DNA from: an uncultured Gemmatimonadaceae bacterium
Lineage (GTDB): Bacteria > Gemmatimonadota > Gemmatimonadetes > Gemmatimonadales > Gemmatimonadaceae
Assembly: GCA_963761305.1 (NCBI GenBank)
Contig: CAVXGK010000002.1
Coordinates: 2,784,001 to 2,848,000, forward strand
Direction of reading: 5' to 3'
Length of the DNA: 64,000 nucleotides
The notes beneath the pieces are model-generated. The model searched no databases and was not told the origin of the DNA. It was given only the letters and a program-made list of their open reading frames with translations. Shown here piece by piece: positions 51,755-62,029 of this stretch. The translations under genes were made by a program, and so were the position numbers. Position 1 is the first letter of the stretch; each line of letters starts with the position of its first letter.

Positions 51755-54700
51755 TCAACGGATGATTTGGCCCAGGCGGGCCGTCTGCGGCCGAAGACCT
51801 TCATCGGCATTGCGCCACATGGTCGCCGCGACCGTCGCGCTCCGAAGCGCCCTGGCGGGGTTGCGACCGGCGAGGAGCAAGGCGTGAAGAGCGTACGCTT
51901 GAATTAGAAAACCGAGACGGCCTGTGTTGTAGCGCGGATCGTCCGTAATGAGTGAAGTGGCTTGCCGTGCGGTACCGAGCGCGGATTCGAGCGAAGCGAT
52001 CGCATGGGCGGTATCGCTCATCACCAGCCAGACCTCCGCCTCCGCAACGACCGCGTCTGCGGTGACTTGACCGGGCAGGGCGCCGCGACGCGCGCGGGCC
52101 ACGCTCGTGAGCTGAATGCGCGCCGAATCGGGTTTCCGCTCCGCAAGCTGGCGCTCGGCAACGAGCGTGCGACCCGCGTTCGCGAGTCGCTCAACCCAAG
52201 CCGAATCGGGCGGGACGATCGATCGAACAATGACGTTCAGCTGCATGTAATCGCGTTGTTGCGACAGGTCGCTGACTGCCGAAGGGAGCCGGCCGGAGAT
52301 ATCATCCAGCCGACGCCAAACGTCTTTGGGACGGCATCCCGCGTAGACAACTCCTTCTAGCCCGACGATGTCCGCCAAGACGTCGCGCGGCAGCTGAGCG
52401 TCTTCGCTGGCCAAGGACGGCGCGCTCTGACGAAGCAAACGCTCGGTCAGAGCGCACCGACCCGTCATCGCGGCGATTGGGGCGAGGAGGCCCGCGATCT
52501 GCGGCGTTCGAGGCGGTGTGTTCGCGAGCAGGGAATCGGCGGACGTCGCCACGCGCGACAGACCGGCCCCGGATCCAGAAGCGCTCAGCTTGAACCACAT
52601 GGAAAGCCGACTGACCGCCAGGCGCAGCCGTTCCGCCGGATCCGTGGCGAGTCGCTCCGCCGCCTGCATCGTGTCGAGAGCGGTCGGATCGCCGCGAAGC
52701 TCCATCGAGATCGCTAGCGCTTCCTTTGTACCTGCGCTTCGAGGGAAGGTGTTCGCCCATCTAGTTACGACCGTGTCGAAGATGGTCCGAAGCCGCATGA
52801 CCACGGCGGGTGGGCTCGTGTTCGAGACGCGCTGACTGGTCACGTCGCCGCGGGGCCAGGGCACAAAAACGATCGAGTCACCGGCAACGGCACCGATCCC
52901 CCAAAACGTGCGACTCGGGTCGCCCAAGAACGATCCCGGGCTCCACGCATTGCCGTCTATGAATAGCAACCGCCGCAGCCTGCCATAACCATCTTGCTGG
53001 AATCCTCGATATGTCGAAGGAATCAGCTGAAATGAGCGCCGGTAGGACGTTATCGCCTCTTGAAGACTTGCCCGAAACCGCACCCCCGACGGCGAACGCC
53101 GATCTGCGACCACGATATGGTCGTTTCGATTGCATTCACCGAGGCCATACCAACCGACGAAGTTCATCGAGTCCGCTCGCACGAGCGACCGATAGGTCGC
53201 GCACGCCTCCGGATATTGACCGTGCCCCAGGTACGCGAGTGCGTACGCCATCGAGCGTTCTTGTGAGGTGAGTGCCGCGGTGTCCCTTAGAGCGCGTTCC
53301 GCCGAGACAATCCATCGCTGCGCCGGAAACCCGCGCCACGATCCTTGCTGCGCTTGCCACAGATAAGCACGTGAAAAGCGCGCATCGAGCGACAACGCGA
53401 GTTCGATTTCGGAGTCCGCACGAGCCAAACTCCATTCTTGGCGCGCGTCCGCGGCGCGTATGAAGGCCTGCGTCGCAAACAAATGGCGAGGCCCAAGGCC
53501 GCCCGAAGGACCACCGTCGCTCTGACCGCGAAGGACCATCGAGTCCGCGAGGGTGGCGTAGGTCGTAGCGATGTGCGAGGGCTCGACAGGCAACTCCATT
53601 TGCGCGGAATACAGGGAGCCGTCCTGCACGTCGCGATACTCAGCGAAAAGCGCCGGACCAGTAGGCGTCTGAACCGATTTGACGACGATGAATCGACGTG
53701 CGCCAAGCGACGTGGCGATTGCGTTCATGTCATCGAGCGTGAGTCGACCGGCGCGCCGTCGGGCGAACGCGTCGAGTGTTCGGTCAATCGCGACGACGTG
53801 GAGCCCTTGCCACCGTCTGAGAGCGGTGTGAAACAACTCCTGCGGTGACCCGCCGTTCGCAACGATCGCGCCCGTTTCGGCGGGAAAGACGACGATCTGT
53901 GTCGAATCGGTCGGGAGGCCAGTTCGCCCTAACCAAAAGCGCGTCACCCCGTACGCGCTCACGGCCGCCAAGACGACCACGCCCACCGCAAACTTTAGCA
54001 ACGCTCGGCGCCGATCCGCATGCGACGTGCTGCGCTCAGGGCCGACTGAACCCGGCGGCTCCGCCACCGCCGCCTCGAACGCCTTCACGAACTCCCCCAT
54101 GTTCGCATACCGATCCGCCGGCGCGAGCGACATCGCCTTCTCGATCACTCGCTCCAGCCCGCGCGGCACGCTCGGCCGATACACGTTGATCGCTCTCGGC
54201 GCATGCCGGAACCGCAGCGCGATCGTCGATTCTTGCGTCGGGCCGTGAAACGGCGGCAGCCCCGCCAACATCTCGTACACGACGCACCCGAACGAGTATT
54301 GATCCGTTCGGCCGTCGAGATGGTGGTCGCCGCTCGCCTGCTCCGGACTCATGTAGGCCGGCGTGCCGCGCACGATGCCCGACGACGTCGTCGAATCGCC
54401 CGTCGATCGCTCCATCCCGCGCGCGATGCCGAAGTCCGACAGGTAGGCGCGATCGCCAGAGAAGAGAATGTTTTCCGGTTTCACGTCTCGGTGGATCAGC
54501 CCGCGCTCGTGCGCGTGCTGCAGCGCCGAGCCGATCGACCGTACGACCTCGACGACCGCGTCGACCGAGAGCTGCCGCTCCTTCTCCAGACGAAGACGCA
54601 GCGAGCCGCCTTCCATATGAGGCATCACGAGGTACAGATCCCGATCGAACTGCCCTGAATCGAGAATCGGCGTGACGTGCGGATGCCGCAGCGCCGCGTT

Positions 54701-54895
54701 CAGTCGGAACTCGCGCAGGAATCGGTCGGCGGCGACGCTCTCCGCGAGCTCACGGTGCAGGACCTTGAGCGCGACGGGCTTCGATGTCTCGCTGTCGGTC
54801 GCGAGATACACGGTTGCCGTACCACCGCGACCGAGCTCGCGCTCGATCGTGTAGCGATTCGCGAACATACCGGACGGTTGTGTCTGCGAGTCCAT
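51755..54895 (-). CDS. Hanks-type Ser/Thr kinase with TM and a large TPR-like C-terminal region
   Basis: GRGGTATV, VALK, HRDVKPEN, DFG, GTPAYMSPE; TM VGVVVLAAVSAYGV; TPR-like helices. Confidence 0.92.
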   Translation of the reverse strand: MDSQTQPSGMFANRYTIERELGRGGTATVYLATDSETSKPVALKVLHRELAESVAADRFLREFRLNAALRHPHVTPILDSGQFDRDLYLVMPHMEGGSLRLRLEKERQLSVDAVVEVVRSIGSALQHAHERGLIHRDVKPENILFSGDRAYLSDFGIARGMERSTGDSTTSSGIVRGTPAYMSPEQASGDHHLDGRTDQYSFGCVVYEMLAGLPPFHGPTQESTIALRFRHAPRAINVYRPSVPRGLERVIEKAMSLAPADRYANMGEFVKAFEAAVAEPPGSVGPERSTSHADRRRALLKFAVGVVVLAAVSAYGVTRFWLGRTGLPTDSTQIVVFPAETGAIVANGGSPQELFHTALRRWQGLHVVAIDRTLDAFARRRAGRLTLDDMNAIATSLGARRFIVVKSVQTPTGPALFAEYRDVQDGSLYSAQMELPVEPSHIATTYATLADSMVLRGQSDGGPSGGLGPRHLFATQAFIRAADARQEWSLARADSEIELALSLDARFSRAYLWQAQQGSWRGFPAQRWIVSAERALRDTAALTSQERSMAYALAYLGHGQYPEACATYRSLVRADSMNFVGWYGLGECNRNDHIVVADRRSPSGVRFRASLQEAITSYRRSFQLIPSTYRGFQQDGYGRLRRLLFIDGNAWSPGSFLGDPSRTFWGIGAVAGDSIVFVPWPRGDVTSQRVSNTSPPAVVMRLRTIFDTVVTRWANTFPRSAGTKEALAISMELRGDPTALDTMQAAERLATDPAERLRLAVSRLSMWFKLSASGSGAGLSRVATSADSLLANTPPRTPQIAGLLAPIAAMTGRCALTERLLRQSAPSLASEDAQLPRDVLADIVGLEGVVYAGCRPKDVWRRLDDISGRLPSAVSDLSQQRDYMQLNVIVRSIVPPDSAWVERLANAGRTLVAERQLAERKPDSARIQLTSVARARRGALPGQVTADAVVAEAEVWLVMSDTAHAIASLESALGTARQATSLITDDPRYNTGRLGFLIQAYALHALLLAGRNPARALRSATVAATMWRNADEGLRPQTARLGQIIR

Positions 54896-55018
54896 GGGGG
54901 TGGGGTCCCGTCGACGGGCTGGACTGCGTGCCTACGATACGTCGCGCACCGGCCGCGCGCTAGACGATCGGGCTTATGCTACACCCTCAATTCGCGGCTG
55001 GATCCGTGCGGACTCTGA

Positions 55019-56092
55019 TTAACAAAGATGCACGGCCGTGGCCTTGAACCCCGCCACGATCTCCCGCCCCACCTCCAGCGACAACTCGCGAACGGACCGC
55101 GCCGTCACCGCCGCCACGATCGGCGTGCCGCTCGCTTCCACCGTCACCTTGCTCAACGCACCAGCCGGCACGATCTCCACGATGCGCCCACGGAACTGAT
55201 TCTGCATCGAGGACATCGACGGTTCGACGGAGAGCGACACCTCTTCGGCCCGAATCACCGCGTGCGCCGGCCCGGGGACGACGTCGCCCAGCGCGTAGAA
55301 CGTGAGCCCGCCCGTCGTGAATGCCACCGGCAGCTCGGCGAATTGGTTCTTGGCCGCGTCGCGCCAGTCGGGCGCCTCGGCGCGAATCGGGCGCGCCGTT
55401 CCCGCGAACACGTTCTCCACGCCGAGGAAGTCGGCGATGTAGGGCGTGATGGGCCGGTGAAACACGTCGGCCGGATCGCCCTTCTGAACCACGCGCCCGC
55501 GATCGAGCACGATCGCCACGTCGCCGAGCACGCCGGCTTCGGCGAAATCGTGCGTGACTTGCAAGACTGTAAATCCGCGCTCGAAGTAGGTCGCGCGCAG
55601 TTGGCGCCTGGTGGCGGCGCGCGTGCGAGGGTCGAGCGCGCTGAACGGTTCGTCGAGCAGCAGGACCTCGGGGCGTGCCGCGAGCGCGCGCACGATCGCG
55701 ACGAGCTGCCGTTCGCCGCCGCTCAGCGAGGCGACCGGGCGATCGTACAGGTCGTCCACGCCGAACCGGTCGGCCGCGTCGGCGGCGTCGGCGGCACTCG
55801 CCGCGCCATACTGCACGTTCTGGCGTACGCTCAGATGAGGAAACAAGTATGCGTGTTGATAGACGATCCCCAACCGCCGCCGCTCGGGCGCAAGCGTCGT
55901 CACGTCGGCGCCGCGGAGAAAGATCCGCCCCGAGGTCGCGCGCGTGACACCGGCGATCGTCTCGAGCAGCGTCGTCTTGCCCGCCCCCGCCGGGCCGATG
56001 ACCACGCCATAACCCCCGTCGGCGACGTCGAACGTGACGTCGGCCAATCGAAAGTCGCCGGCGCGCGCATTGACGAGGCGAAGGGAGATCAT
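55019..56092 (-). CDS. Molybdate/tungstate-type ABC ATPase with TOBE domain (ModC/WtpC-like)
   Basis: GPAGAGKTT, LFPHLSV..N, LSGGE.Q, LLDEPFSALD, C-terminal S..N...G.I...FKATAVH. Confidence 0.88.
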   Translation of the reverse strand: MISLRLVNARAGDFRLADVTFDVADGGYGVVIGPAGAGKTTLLETIAGVTRATSGRIFLRGADVTTLAPERRRLGIVYQHAYLFPHLSVRQNVQYGAASAADAADAADRFGVDDLYDRPVASLSGGERQLVAIVRALAARPEVLLLDEPFSALDPRTRAATRRQLRATYFERGFTVLQVTHDFAEAGVLGDVAIVLDRGRVVQKGDPADVFHRPITPYIADFLGVENVFAGTARPIRAEAPDWRDAAKNQFAELPVAFTTGGLTFYALGDVVPGPAHAVIRAEEVSLSVEPSMSSMQNQFRGRIVEIVPAGALSKVTVEASGTPIVAAVTARSVRELSLEVGREIVAGFKATAVHLC

Positions 56093-56096
56093 TCGG

Positions 56097-56954
56097 TCAA
56101 CGCGCTCCCGCCGGCGCGTCGCCGCGGCTTCCCCGCAGCGCGCGCAACGCCGCCAACGGAATGAGCGCGAGGAGCACCAGCACCGCCGCCACCGGCAGCG
56201 CTTCACGCAAGCCGAACGCCGTGAAGCGGTCGTAGCTCAACACGCTCGCGACCTTCGGATTGTACGTGAGAATGACGATCGCGCCGAACTCGCTCACCGC
56301 ACGCGCCCACATCACGATCGCGGCGGCAGTGATGCCACGCGCCGCGAGCGGCAGCGTGACGCGCCGAAACGCGCGCCACGCGTCGTCCCCGAGCGTGCGC
56401 GCGACCGCCTCGAACCGCGCGTCCACGCGGGCGAACGACTCGCGCGCCGCGCTCACGTAAAGCGGCGCCGAGACGAACAGCATCGCGCAGATGATGCCCG
56501 TCGGCGACCCGGCGACGCGCACTCCCGCCGCGTAAAGCGCCGAGCCGAGCGGGCTCCCTCGCCCGAGCACGAGGAGCAGCGCGATGCCGGCCACCGGATG
56601 CGGAATCACGAGCGGCAGATCCATGATGGCCGCCAGCAGCGCCTTGCCGCGAAAGGTCCGGCGCGCCAGCAAGTACGCGACCGGCGTCCCGCCGATGATG
56701 CCGAGCAGCGTCGCCGTCGTCGCCGCGAAGGCGGTGAGCAAGAGCGACTGCCGCAACTCCGCGTCGGTGCCCAGGGCCCCGATGCCGCGGACGCCGCCCG
56801 ACGCGACGAGACCGGCCACCGGGCCGAGGATGAACAGCAGAAACAACGAAGCGACGACGGCGACGACGACCGACGCGACAGCCCGCGACCCGACCGGGCG
56901 GCCCGGGGGAACCGCGATCGCACCCTCATCGGCCGCCGCCAGGACCCCAATCAT
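56097..56954 (-). CDS. Molybdate/tungstate-type ABC permease (ModB/WtpB-like)
   Basis: DLPLVIPHPVAGIALL, E.VARTLG, WARAVSEFGA...Y.P. Confidence 0.88.
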   Translation of the reverse strand: MIGVLAAADEGAIAVPPGRPVGSRAVASVVVAVVASLFLLFILGPVAGLVASGGVRGIGALGTDAELRQSLLLTAFAATTATLLGIIGGTPVAYLLARRTFRGKALLAAIMDLPLVIPHPVAGIALLLVLGRGSPLGSALYAAGVRVAGSPTGIICAMLFVSAPLYVSAARESFARVDARFEAVARTLGDDAWRAFRRVTLPLAARGITAAAIVMWARAVSEFGAIVILTYNPKVASVLSYDRFTAFGLREALPVAAVLVLLALIPLAALRALRGSRGDAPAGAR

Positions 56955-57129
56955 GGCCTAAAGAAAGCCCCGCCGAGGGGGGCGCGCCACGGAGAGAAAC
57001 TTTCGCCATCTTTCTCCGTCGTGGTCAGCCGGGGTCATTGCGCAAGCCGAAACGCGCCCGGTAGAATCGACTCTCTCCCCGTCCCGACCCGGCCCAACCG
57101 GCGCCCGGCCCTCTCCGAACACTCAGCTC

Positions 57130-58101
57130 ATGTCTGATCTGGCAATCGACATCCGCAAGATCGTGAAGCGCTTCGACGAGCACGTCGCCGTGCGCGAGCT
57201 GTCGCTTCAGGTTCCACGCGGTTCGGTCTACGGTCTCCTCGGCCCAAACGGCGCCGGGAAGACGACGACCATTCGCATGATTCTCGACGTGCTGCTTCCC
57301 GACTCCGGATCGATCTCGATCTTCGGGCGTCCGAACACCGACTACGGTGTGCTCGACAAGGTCGGGTATCTGCCGGAGGAGCGCGGCCTCTACAAGAAGA
57401 TGCAGGTGAGGCGTGTGCTGCTCTTCCTCGCCGAGTTGAAAGGCATGCGCGCCGCCGAGGCGGCGCCGCGAATCGATGAATGGCTTCGCCGATTCAGCCT
57501 CGTGACGCCCGAGAAGAACTGGGGCGAGTCGAAGGTCGACGAGCTGTCGCGCGGCATGCAGCAGAAGGTCCAGTTCATCGCCACGCTGTTGCACGACCCC
57601 GACCTCGTGATCCTCGACGAGCCGTTCAGCGGACTCGATCCGATCAACGCGCAGGCGCTCAAGGATGCCGTCCTCGAGCTCAAGCGGCGCGGCAAGACGG
57701 TCATCTTCAGCACGCACGTCATGGACAACGCCGAACGCATGTGCGATTCGGTGTGCATCATCGCGCACGGCGAGAAGGTGCTCGACGGCAGCATGGCGGA
57801 CGTGAAGCGCACCGCCGGCACGCGCAACGTGGCGCTCGCACTGGCGAGCGGCGGGGGCGCGCACAACGGCGTGACGGAGGTGCTGCGCGATTCACGCCTC
57901 GTCACCAAGTACGACGACACCAACAACTACTTCGAGCTCGAGCTGGCGCCGAACGCCGACACGCAGGTATTGCTGCGGCGGCTCATCGACGCCGGCGCGT
58001 CGATCGAACGATTCGAGCTGATGCAGCCGTCGCTGCATCAGATCTTCCTTCAGCGCGTCGGCGCGGCCGGCGTTGAAACGGGGATGTCCGGTCATGGGTA
58101 A
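57130..58101 (+). CDS. ABC-2 exporter ATP-binding protein (NatA/YhaQ-like)
   Basis: GPNGAGKTT, GYLPEERGLY, LSRGMQQK.QF, LDEPFSGLDP.N, PSL..IF. Confidence 0.92.
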   Translation: MSDLAIDIRKIVKRFDEHVAVRELSLQVPRGSVYGLLGPNGAGKTTTIRMILDVLLPDSGSISIFGRPNTDYGVLDKVGYLPEERGLYKKMQVRRVLLFLAELKGMRAAEAAPRIDEWLRRFSLVTPEKNWGESKVDELSRGMQQKVQFIATLLHDPDLVILDEPFSGLDPINAQALKDAVLELKRRGKTVIFSTHVMDNAERMCDSVCIIAHGEKVLDGSMADVKRTAGTRNVALALASGGGAHNGVTEVLRDSRLVTKYDDTNNYFELELAPNADTQVLLRRLIDAGASIERFELMQPSLHQIFLQRVGAAGVETGMSGHG

Positions 58102-59428
58102 CTTCGGCAAGCTCTTCGTCGTCGCGAAACGCGAGTACATGGAGCGCATCCGCTCGCGCTGGTTCATCGTGATGACGCTGCTCGTTCCGGCGATCTTCTC
58201 CGGCGCGATGCTCTTCCCCGTCTACATGGCGGCGCGGGGCGGCGCATCGGGCAGTGCGCTGCGCAACATCGCCATCATCGACGCCACGGGCGCGGGACTC
58301 GGCGAGCAGATCGCCACGACGCTCAAGACGGACAGCACGCTCGGCCGCGCGAACGACACGATCGCGCCGCGGGTGATCGTGTCGTCGCCGGCGGACGTGC
58401 CCGCGCACGAGCGCGAGCTGCAGGCGCAAGTCCAGCAGCCGAACGGCTTGATCGGCTATCTAGTGCTGACCGACAGCACGCTCGCCGGCAATTCCGCGAG
58501 CTACGCCGGGCGCAACGCGTCGACGATCAACGACGTCGACAAACTGCGGTCGCTCGTACGGCAGGAGGTGATGATCGCGCGCCTGCAGCACGAGGGCGTG
58601 CGCGCGGACGTCGTGAAGGATATCGCGACGACGACCTTCCGGCTGAAATCGGAGCGCATCACCGAGCGCGGACGGTCGGGATCCGGCACCGGCGGCCTCT
58701 TCGCCGGCATCATCGTCGGCGTGCTGCTGTTCATGTCGATCGTCTTCCACGGTCAGAACGTGTTGCGCGGCGTACTCGAGGAGAAATCGACGCGCGTCGC
58801 CGAGGTCGTGATCTCGAGCGTCAAACCGGAGGTGCTGCTGGCCGGCAAGGTGCTCGGCGTCGGTGCCGTCGGGTTGACGCAACAGGCGGCGTGGCTCGGC
58901 ATTGCCGCGTACCTCATGAACTTCGTGACGCCGATCATCACGAAAGGACTGAGTGGTCCCGCGGCGGCCGCGGCGGCGGATCAATTCGGCGGCGGCTTCG
59001 CGACGATCAGCATGGGGACGATCGGGCTGGTGCTCGTCTATTTCGTCATCGGCTTCGTGTTCTACGCGAGCCTGTACGCCGCCGCCGGCTCGATGGTGAA
59101 CAGCGAGCAGGAAGCGCAGCAAGCAGCGACGCCGGTGCTGATCCTGCTCATGAGCACGTGGCTGCTCGTCCAGACGATCATCGTGAATCCGAACAGCAAG
59201 CTCGCGATCGTCCTTTCGTGGCTGCCCTGGTCGTCGCCGATCATCGTGCCGCTGCGGATGGGATTGACGACCGTTTCACCGTTCACTATCGCCGGCTCGA
59301 TCGTCGTCGCGATCCTCGGCTGCGTCGGCGCTGTGTGGCTCTCGGCGCGCATTTACCGCGTCGGCATGCTGATGTACGGGAAGAAACCGAGCTTCGCGGA
59401 AGTGGCCCGCTGGATTCGGTACGCGTGA
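58094..59428 (+). CDS. ABC-2 exporter permease (NatB/YhaP-like)
   Basis: V.KREY..R, V.EEKS.RV.EV..SS, GK..G, RIYR.G.L.YG.KP. Confidence 0.9.
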   Translation: MGNFGKLFVVAKREYMERIRSRWFIVMTLLVPAIFSGAMLFPVYMAARGGASGSALRNIAIIDATGAGLGEQIATTLKTDSTLGRANDTIAPRVIVSSPADVPAHERELQAQVQQPNGLIGYLVLTDSTLAGNSASYAGRNASTINDVDKLRSLVRQEVMIARLQHEGVRADVVKDIATTTFRLKSERITERGRSGSGTGGLFAGIIVGVLLFMSIVFHGQNVLRGVLEEKSTRVAEVVISSVKPEVLLAGKVLGVGAVGLTQQAAWLGIAAYLMNFVTPIITKGLSGPAAAAAADQFGGGFATISMGTIGLVLVYFVIGFVFYASLYAAAGSMVNSEQEAQQAATPVLILLMSTWLLVQTIIVNPNSKLAIVLSWLPWSSPIIVPLRMGLTTVSPFTIAGSIVVAILGCVGAVWLSARIYRVGMLMYGKKPSFAEVARWIRYA

Positions 59429-59430
59429 TT

Positions 59431-59448
59431 TGGGTGGACGGGTGGACG
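59431..59448. repeat. Two-unit remnant of the GGGTGGAC octamer
   Basis: TGGGTGGACGGGTGGACG in the 22-bp gap between convergent genes. Confidence 0.6.
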
Positions 59449-59450
59449 AA

Positions 59451-60026
59451 TCAGTCGGTGACGACCCGTTCGATGCGGCGGTCGGGGACCAGCCACACGA
59501 GGGCGACGACGACGAACAGCGCGTCCGACATCAGTGGCTGTACGAAGGCGATGGGGATCGCGAGCACATAAAGGATGAGCGAGGTCACGCCTTTGCGATT
59601 GGCCCCGATGGCTCGAGCGAGCTTCGAGTCGGGGCCCTGCGCGGCGATGATGGTGTATTCAAGAATGGTATAAGCGATCGACGCGAGGACCATCACGACT
59701 CCGTACAGCGCGGTCGGCCCGGCCGAGTAGTGATTCGCTCCCATCCACGCGGTGACGAATGGAACGAGCGAAAGCCAGAAGAGGAGATGCAGGTTGGCCC
59801 AGAGCACGCCGCCAGTGACGCGATCGACCAGGTGCATCAGGTGGTGGTGGTTGCTCCAGTAGATGCCGAGGAGCACGAAGCTCAACACGTACGCCAGCAG
59901 TGACGGGACGGCTTCACGCAGTGCGGACAGCGTCGCGCCTTGCGGGACCTTGAGCTCCAGGACCATGATCGTGATCAGAATGGCGATCACGCCGTCGCTG
60001 AACGCCTCGAGTCTCCCCTTTTTCAT
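59451..60026 (-). CDS. TMEM175-family potassium channel
   Basis: RLEAFSDGVIAI.ITIMVLEL, YVLSF....YW.NHH; six TMs. Confidence 0.93.
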   Translation of the reverse strand: MKKGRLEAFSDGVIAILITIMVLELKVPQGATLSALREAVPSLLAYVLSFVLLGIYWSNHHHLMHLVDRVTGGVLWANLHLLFWLSLVPFVTAWMGANHYSAGPTALYGVVMVLASIAYTILEYTIIAAQGPDSKLARAIGANRKGVTSLILYVLAIPIAFVQPLMSDALFVVVALVWLVPDRRIERVVTD

Positions 60027-60086
60027 GCCGAACACTGGGACTGCCGCTCGAACAGGGCAAGCCGCTCAACACTCATCGACGATTCC

Positions 60087-60584
60087 ATGACACACCCCGT
60101 TCCGCCCGTGCCCGATGGCCGCCAGCTGCTTCGGCACACGCTGGCCACGCTCGCATATCGCGCGTCGAAGGCCGTGCGCGGCGCGCCGCCGTCGTTCTCG
60201 ACTTTCCTCGTCGCCGAGGGCTCTCGCAGGCCGGGGCAGATCCTCGCGCACCTCGGCGACTTGATGGACTGGGCGCTGTCACAGGCGCAGGGACAGCAGA
60301 AGTGGAACGACACGCCGCCCGGGGATTGGAACGCCGACGTCGACCGCTTCTTTCGCTCGGTCGGCGCGCTCGACGAGTATCTCGCGTCGAATGCCGACGT
60401 GCACTTTGGCGCGCAGACGATCTTTCAGGGTGCGATCGCCGATTCACTGACGCACGTGGGGCAGATCAACATGCTGCGGCGGATCGCCAGCTCGCCGGTG
60501 CGAGGCGAGAACTACTCGAAGGCGCAGATCGCGGTCGGTCGCGTCACGCTCGAGCAGCCCGCGCCGCGCGCCGAATTCGGCTGA
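60087..60584 (+). CDS. DinB-like protein
   Basis: LLRHTLATLAYR, IL.H.GDL.DW, QG..AD.LTHVGQ..MLRR...PVRGENY. Confidence 0.8.
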   Translation: MTHPVPPVPDGRQLLRHTLATLAYRASKAVRGAPPSFSTFLVAEGSRRPGQILAHLGDLMDWALSQAQGQQKWNDTPPGDWNADVDRFFRSVGALDEYLASNADVHFGAQTIFQGAIADSLTHVGQINMLRRIASSPVRGENYSKAQIAVGRVTLEQPAPRAEFG

Positions 60585-61913
60585 TCACGACCGCTCGGCT
60601 GCGTCGAGCTCGGCGATCGTTCGGCGAAACGGCGCCAGCCCGAGCGCGAACAGAATGATCGCCGTCGTCATACCGACGACGTTCACGATGGCGAGCGATC
60701 GTCCGATCGCCATCGGGTCGTGGAAGACGTAGTCGTTCAGCCAGCCGACGGAGCTCGGCCCGAGCGAGCGCGAGATCAGGCTGACGACGAGCACGTAGAG
60801 CGCGACGCCCTGCGCTCGAAGCCGCGGTGGGACGATCTCGGCCGCCGACGCCGACGCGGCGCCCCACGGCATGGCCGCGAACAGATTGACGACGGCAAGC
60901 CACCATCCGGCGACCGTCGCCGTGGGCGCGAGGGGAAAGGCCGTCGCCGCGATCAGCATGCCGGCGGCGCCGGCGATCCCGACGCGCAACGGTGCGTCGG
61001 TCTTCCCGGCCCGGACGAGTCGATTCGCGATCCATCCCCCAACGAGCACGCCGATCGGTCCGATCGTCATCGTGAGTAAACCCTGAAGACGTCCGGCCTG
61101 CACTTCGTTCCAATCGAACCGCCGCAGGAACACGGCCGGGATCCAGAGCACGAGCGAAAAGTTCACGCTCGACGACATGGCGAACCCGAGACCTTGCGTC
61201 GCGAAGGTGCGTCGATGCCTGGCGACGTGCGCCATGAGCGCGCTGAATGGCGGCGCCGATGCCGACGCGTCGCGCGTTCGCCGCGGTTCCTTCACGGTGA
61301 GCAGGAGCAGGGCGACGAGCAGTCCCGGGAGTCCGACGGCGAGAAACACCAGCTGCCACGGATGTATCACGCCGAGAATCGGGACTTCCCTGGTCGCGGC
61401 GTTGCCCGCCGCGCCGACCATGTACCCGCCGATGGCGTACCCCGCGCCGGAGCCGATGAAGATACCTAAGCTGAGAACGCTCATCGCCCCGGCGAACTTG
61501 TCGCGCGGAAAATAGTCGGAGAGCAGCGACGCGGCGGGAGCGCTGAGTGTGGCCTCGCCGACCCCGACGCCCATCCGCATGAGGAAGAGCTGCGGAAACG
61601 TCTTCGCGGCCGCGCACAGCGACGTGAATACGCTCCACAACGTCGCGCCGCCGACGAGCACGTTGCGACGGCTGGTCCGATCCGCCAAGCGCGCGATCGG
61701 CAAACCGAGCACGGCGAAAAACAACGCGAACGCGAAGCCGCTGAGATAGCTCACTTGCGAATCGGTGATCCCGAGGTCGCGCTCCATCGGCCGGACGAGC
61801 AGGCTCAGGATCTGCTGATCGATGTTTCCGCTGACGCTGAACAGCGTCAACACGGCGACGACGTACCACGGGTACCACGCCTGTCGCGGCGCGCCTGTGC
61901 TCGAGTCGGGCAT
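60585..61913 (-). CDS. MFS transporter (spinster-like)
   Basis: GLP.ARLADR.SRR, R.GVGVGEATL.....SL..DYFP, VGLPG...A....KEP.R. Confidence 0.9.
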   Translation of the reverse strand: MPDSSTGAPRQAWYPWYVVAVLTLFSVSGNIDQQILSLLVRPMERDLGITDSQVSYLSGFAFALFFAVLGLPIARLADRTSRRNVLVGGATLWSVFTSLCAAAKTFPQLFLMRMGVGVGEATLSAPAASLLSDYFPRDKFAGAMSVLSLGIFIGSGAGYAIGGYMVGAAGNAATREVPILGVIHPWQLVFLAVGLPGLLVALLLLTVKEPRRTRDASASAPPFSALMAHVARHRRTFATQGLGFAMSSSVNFSLVLWIPAVFLRRFDWNEVQAGRLQGLLTMTIGPIGVLVGGWIANRLVRAGKTDAPLRVGIAGAAGMLIAATAFPLAPTATVAGWWLAVVNLFAAMPWGAASASAAEIVPPRLRAQGVALYVLVVSLISRSLGPSSVGWLNDYVFHDPMAIGRSLAIVNVVGMTTAIILFALGLAPFRRTIAELDAAERS

Positions 61914-62029
61914 GCGAACAAGATAGCCGAGCCGGCATCGCCGCTCGGTCGAGGCACCGCCTTTGACCGAATGGCGAGATGTCCCGTTTTCCCTCAGTCT
62001 GTCGTCGTCACCGACGGAGCACAGCAACG

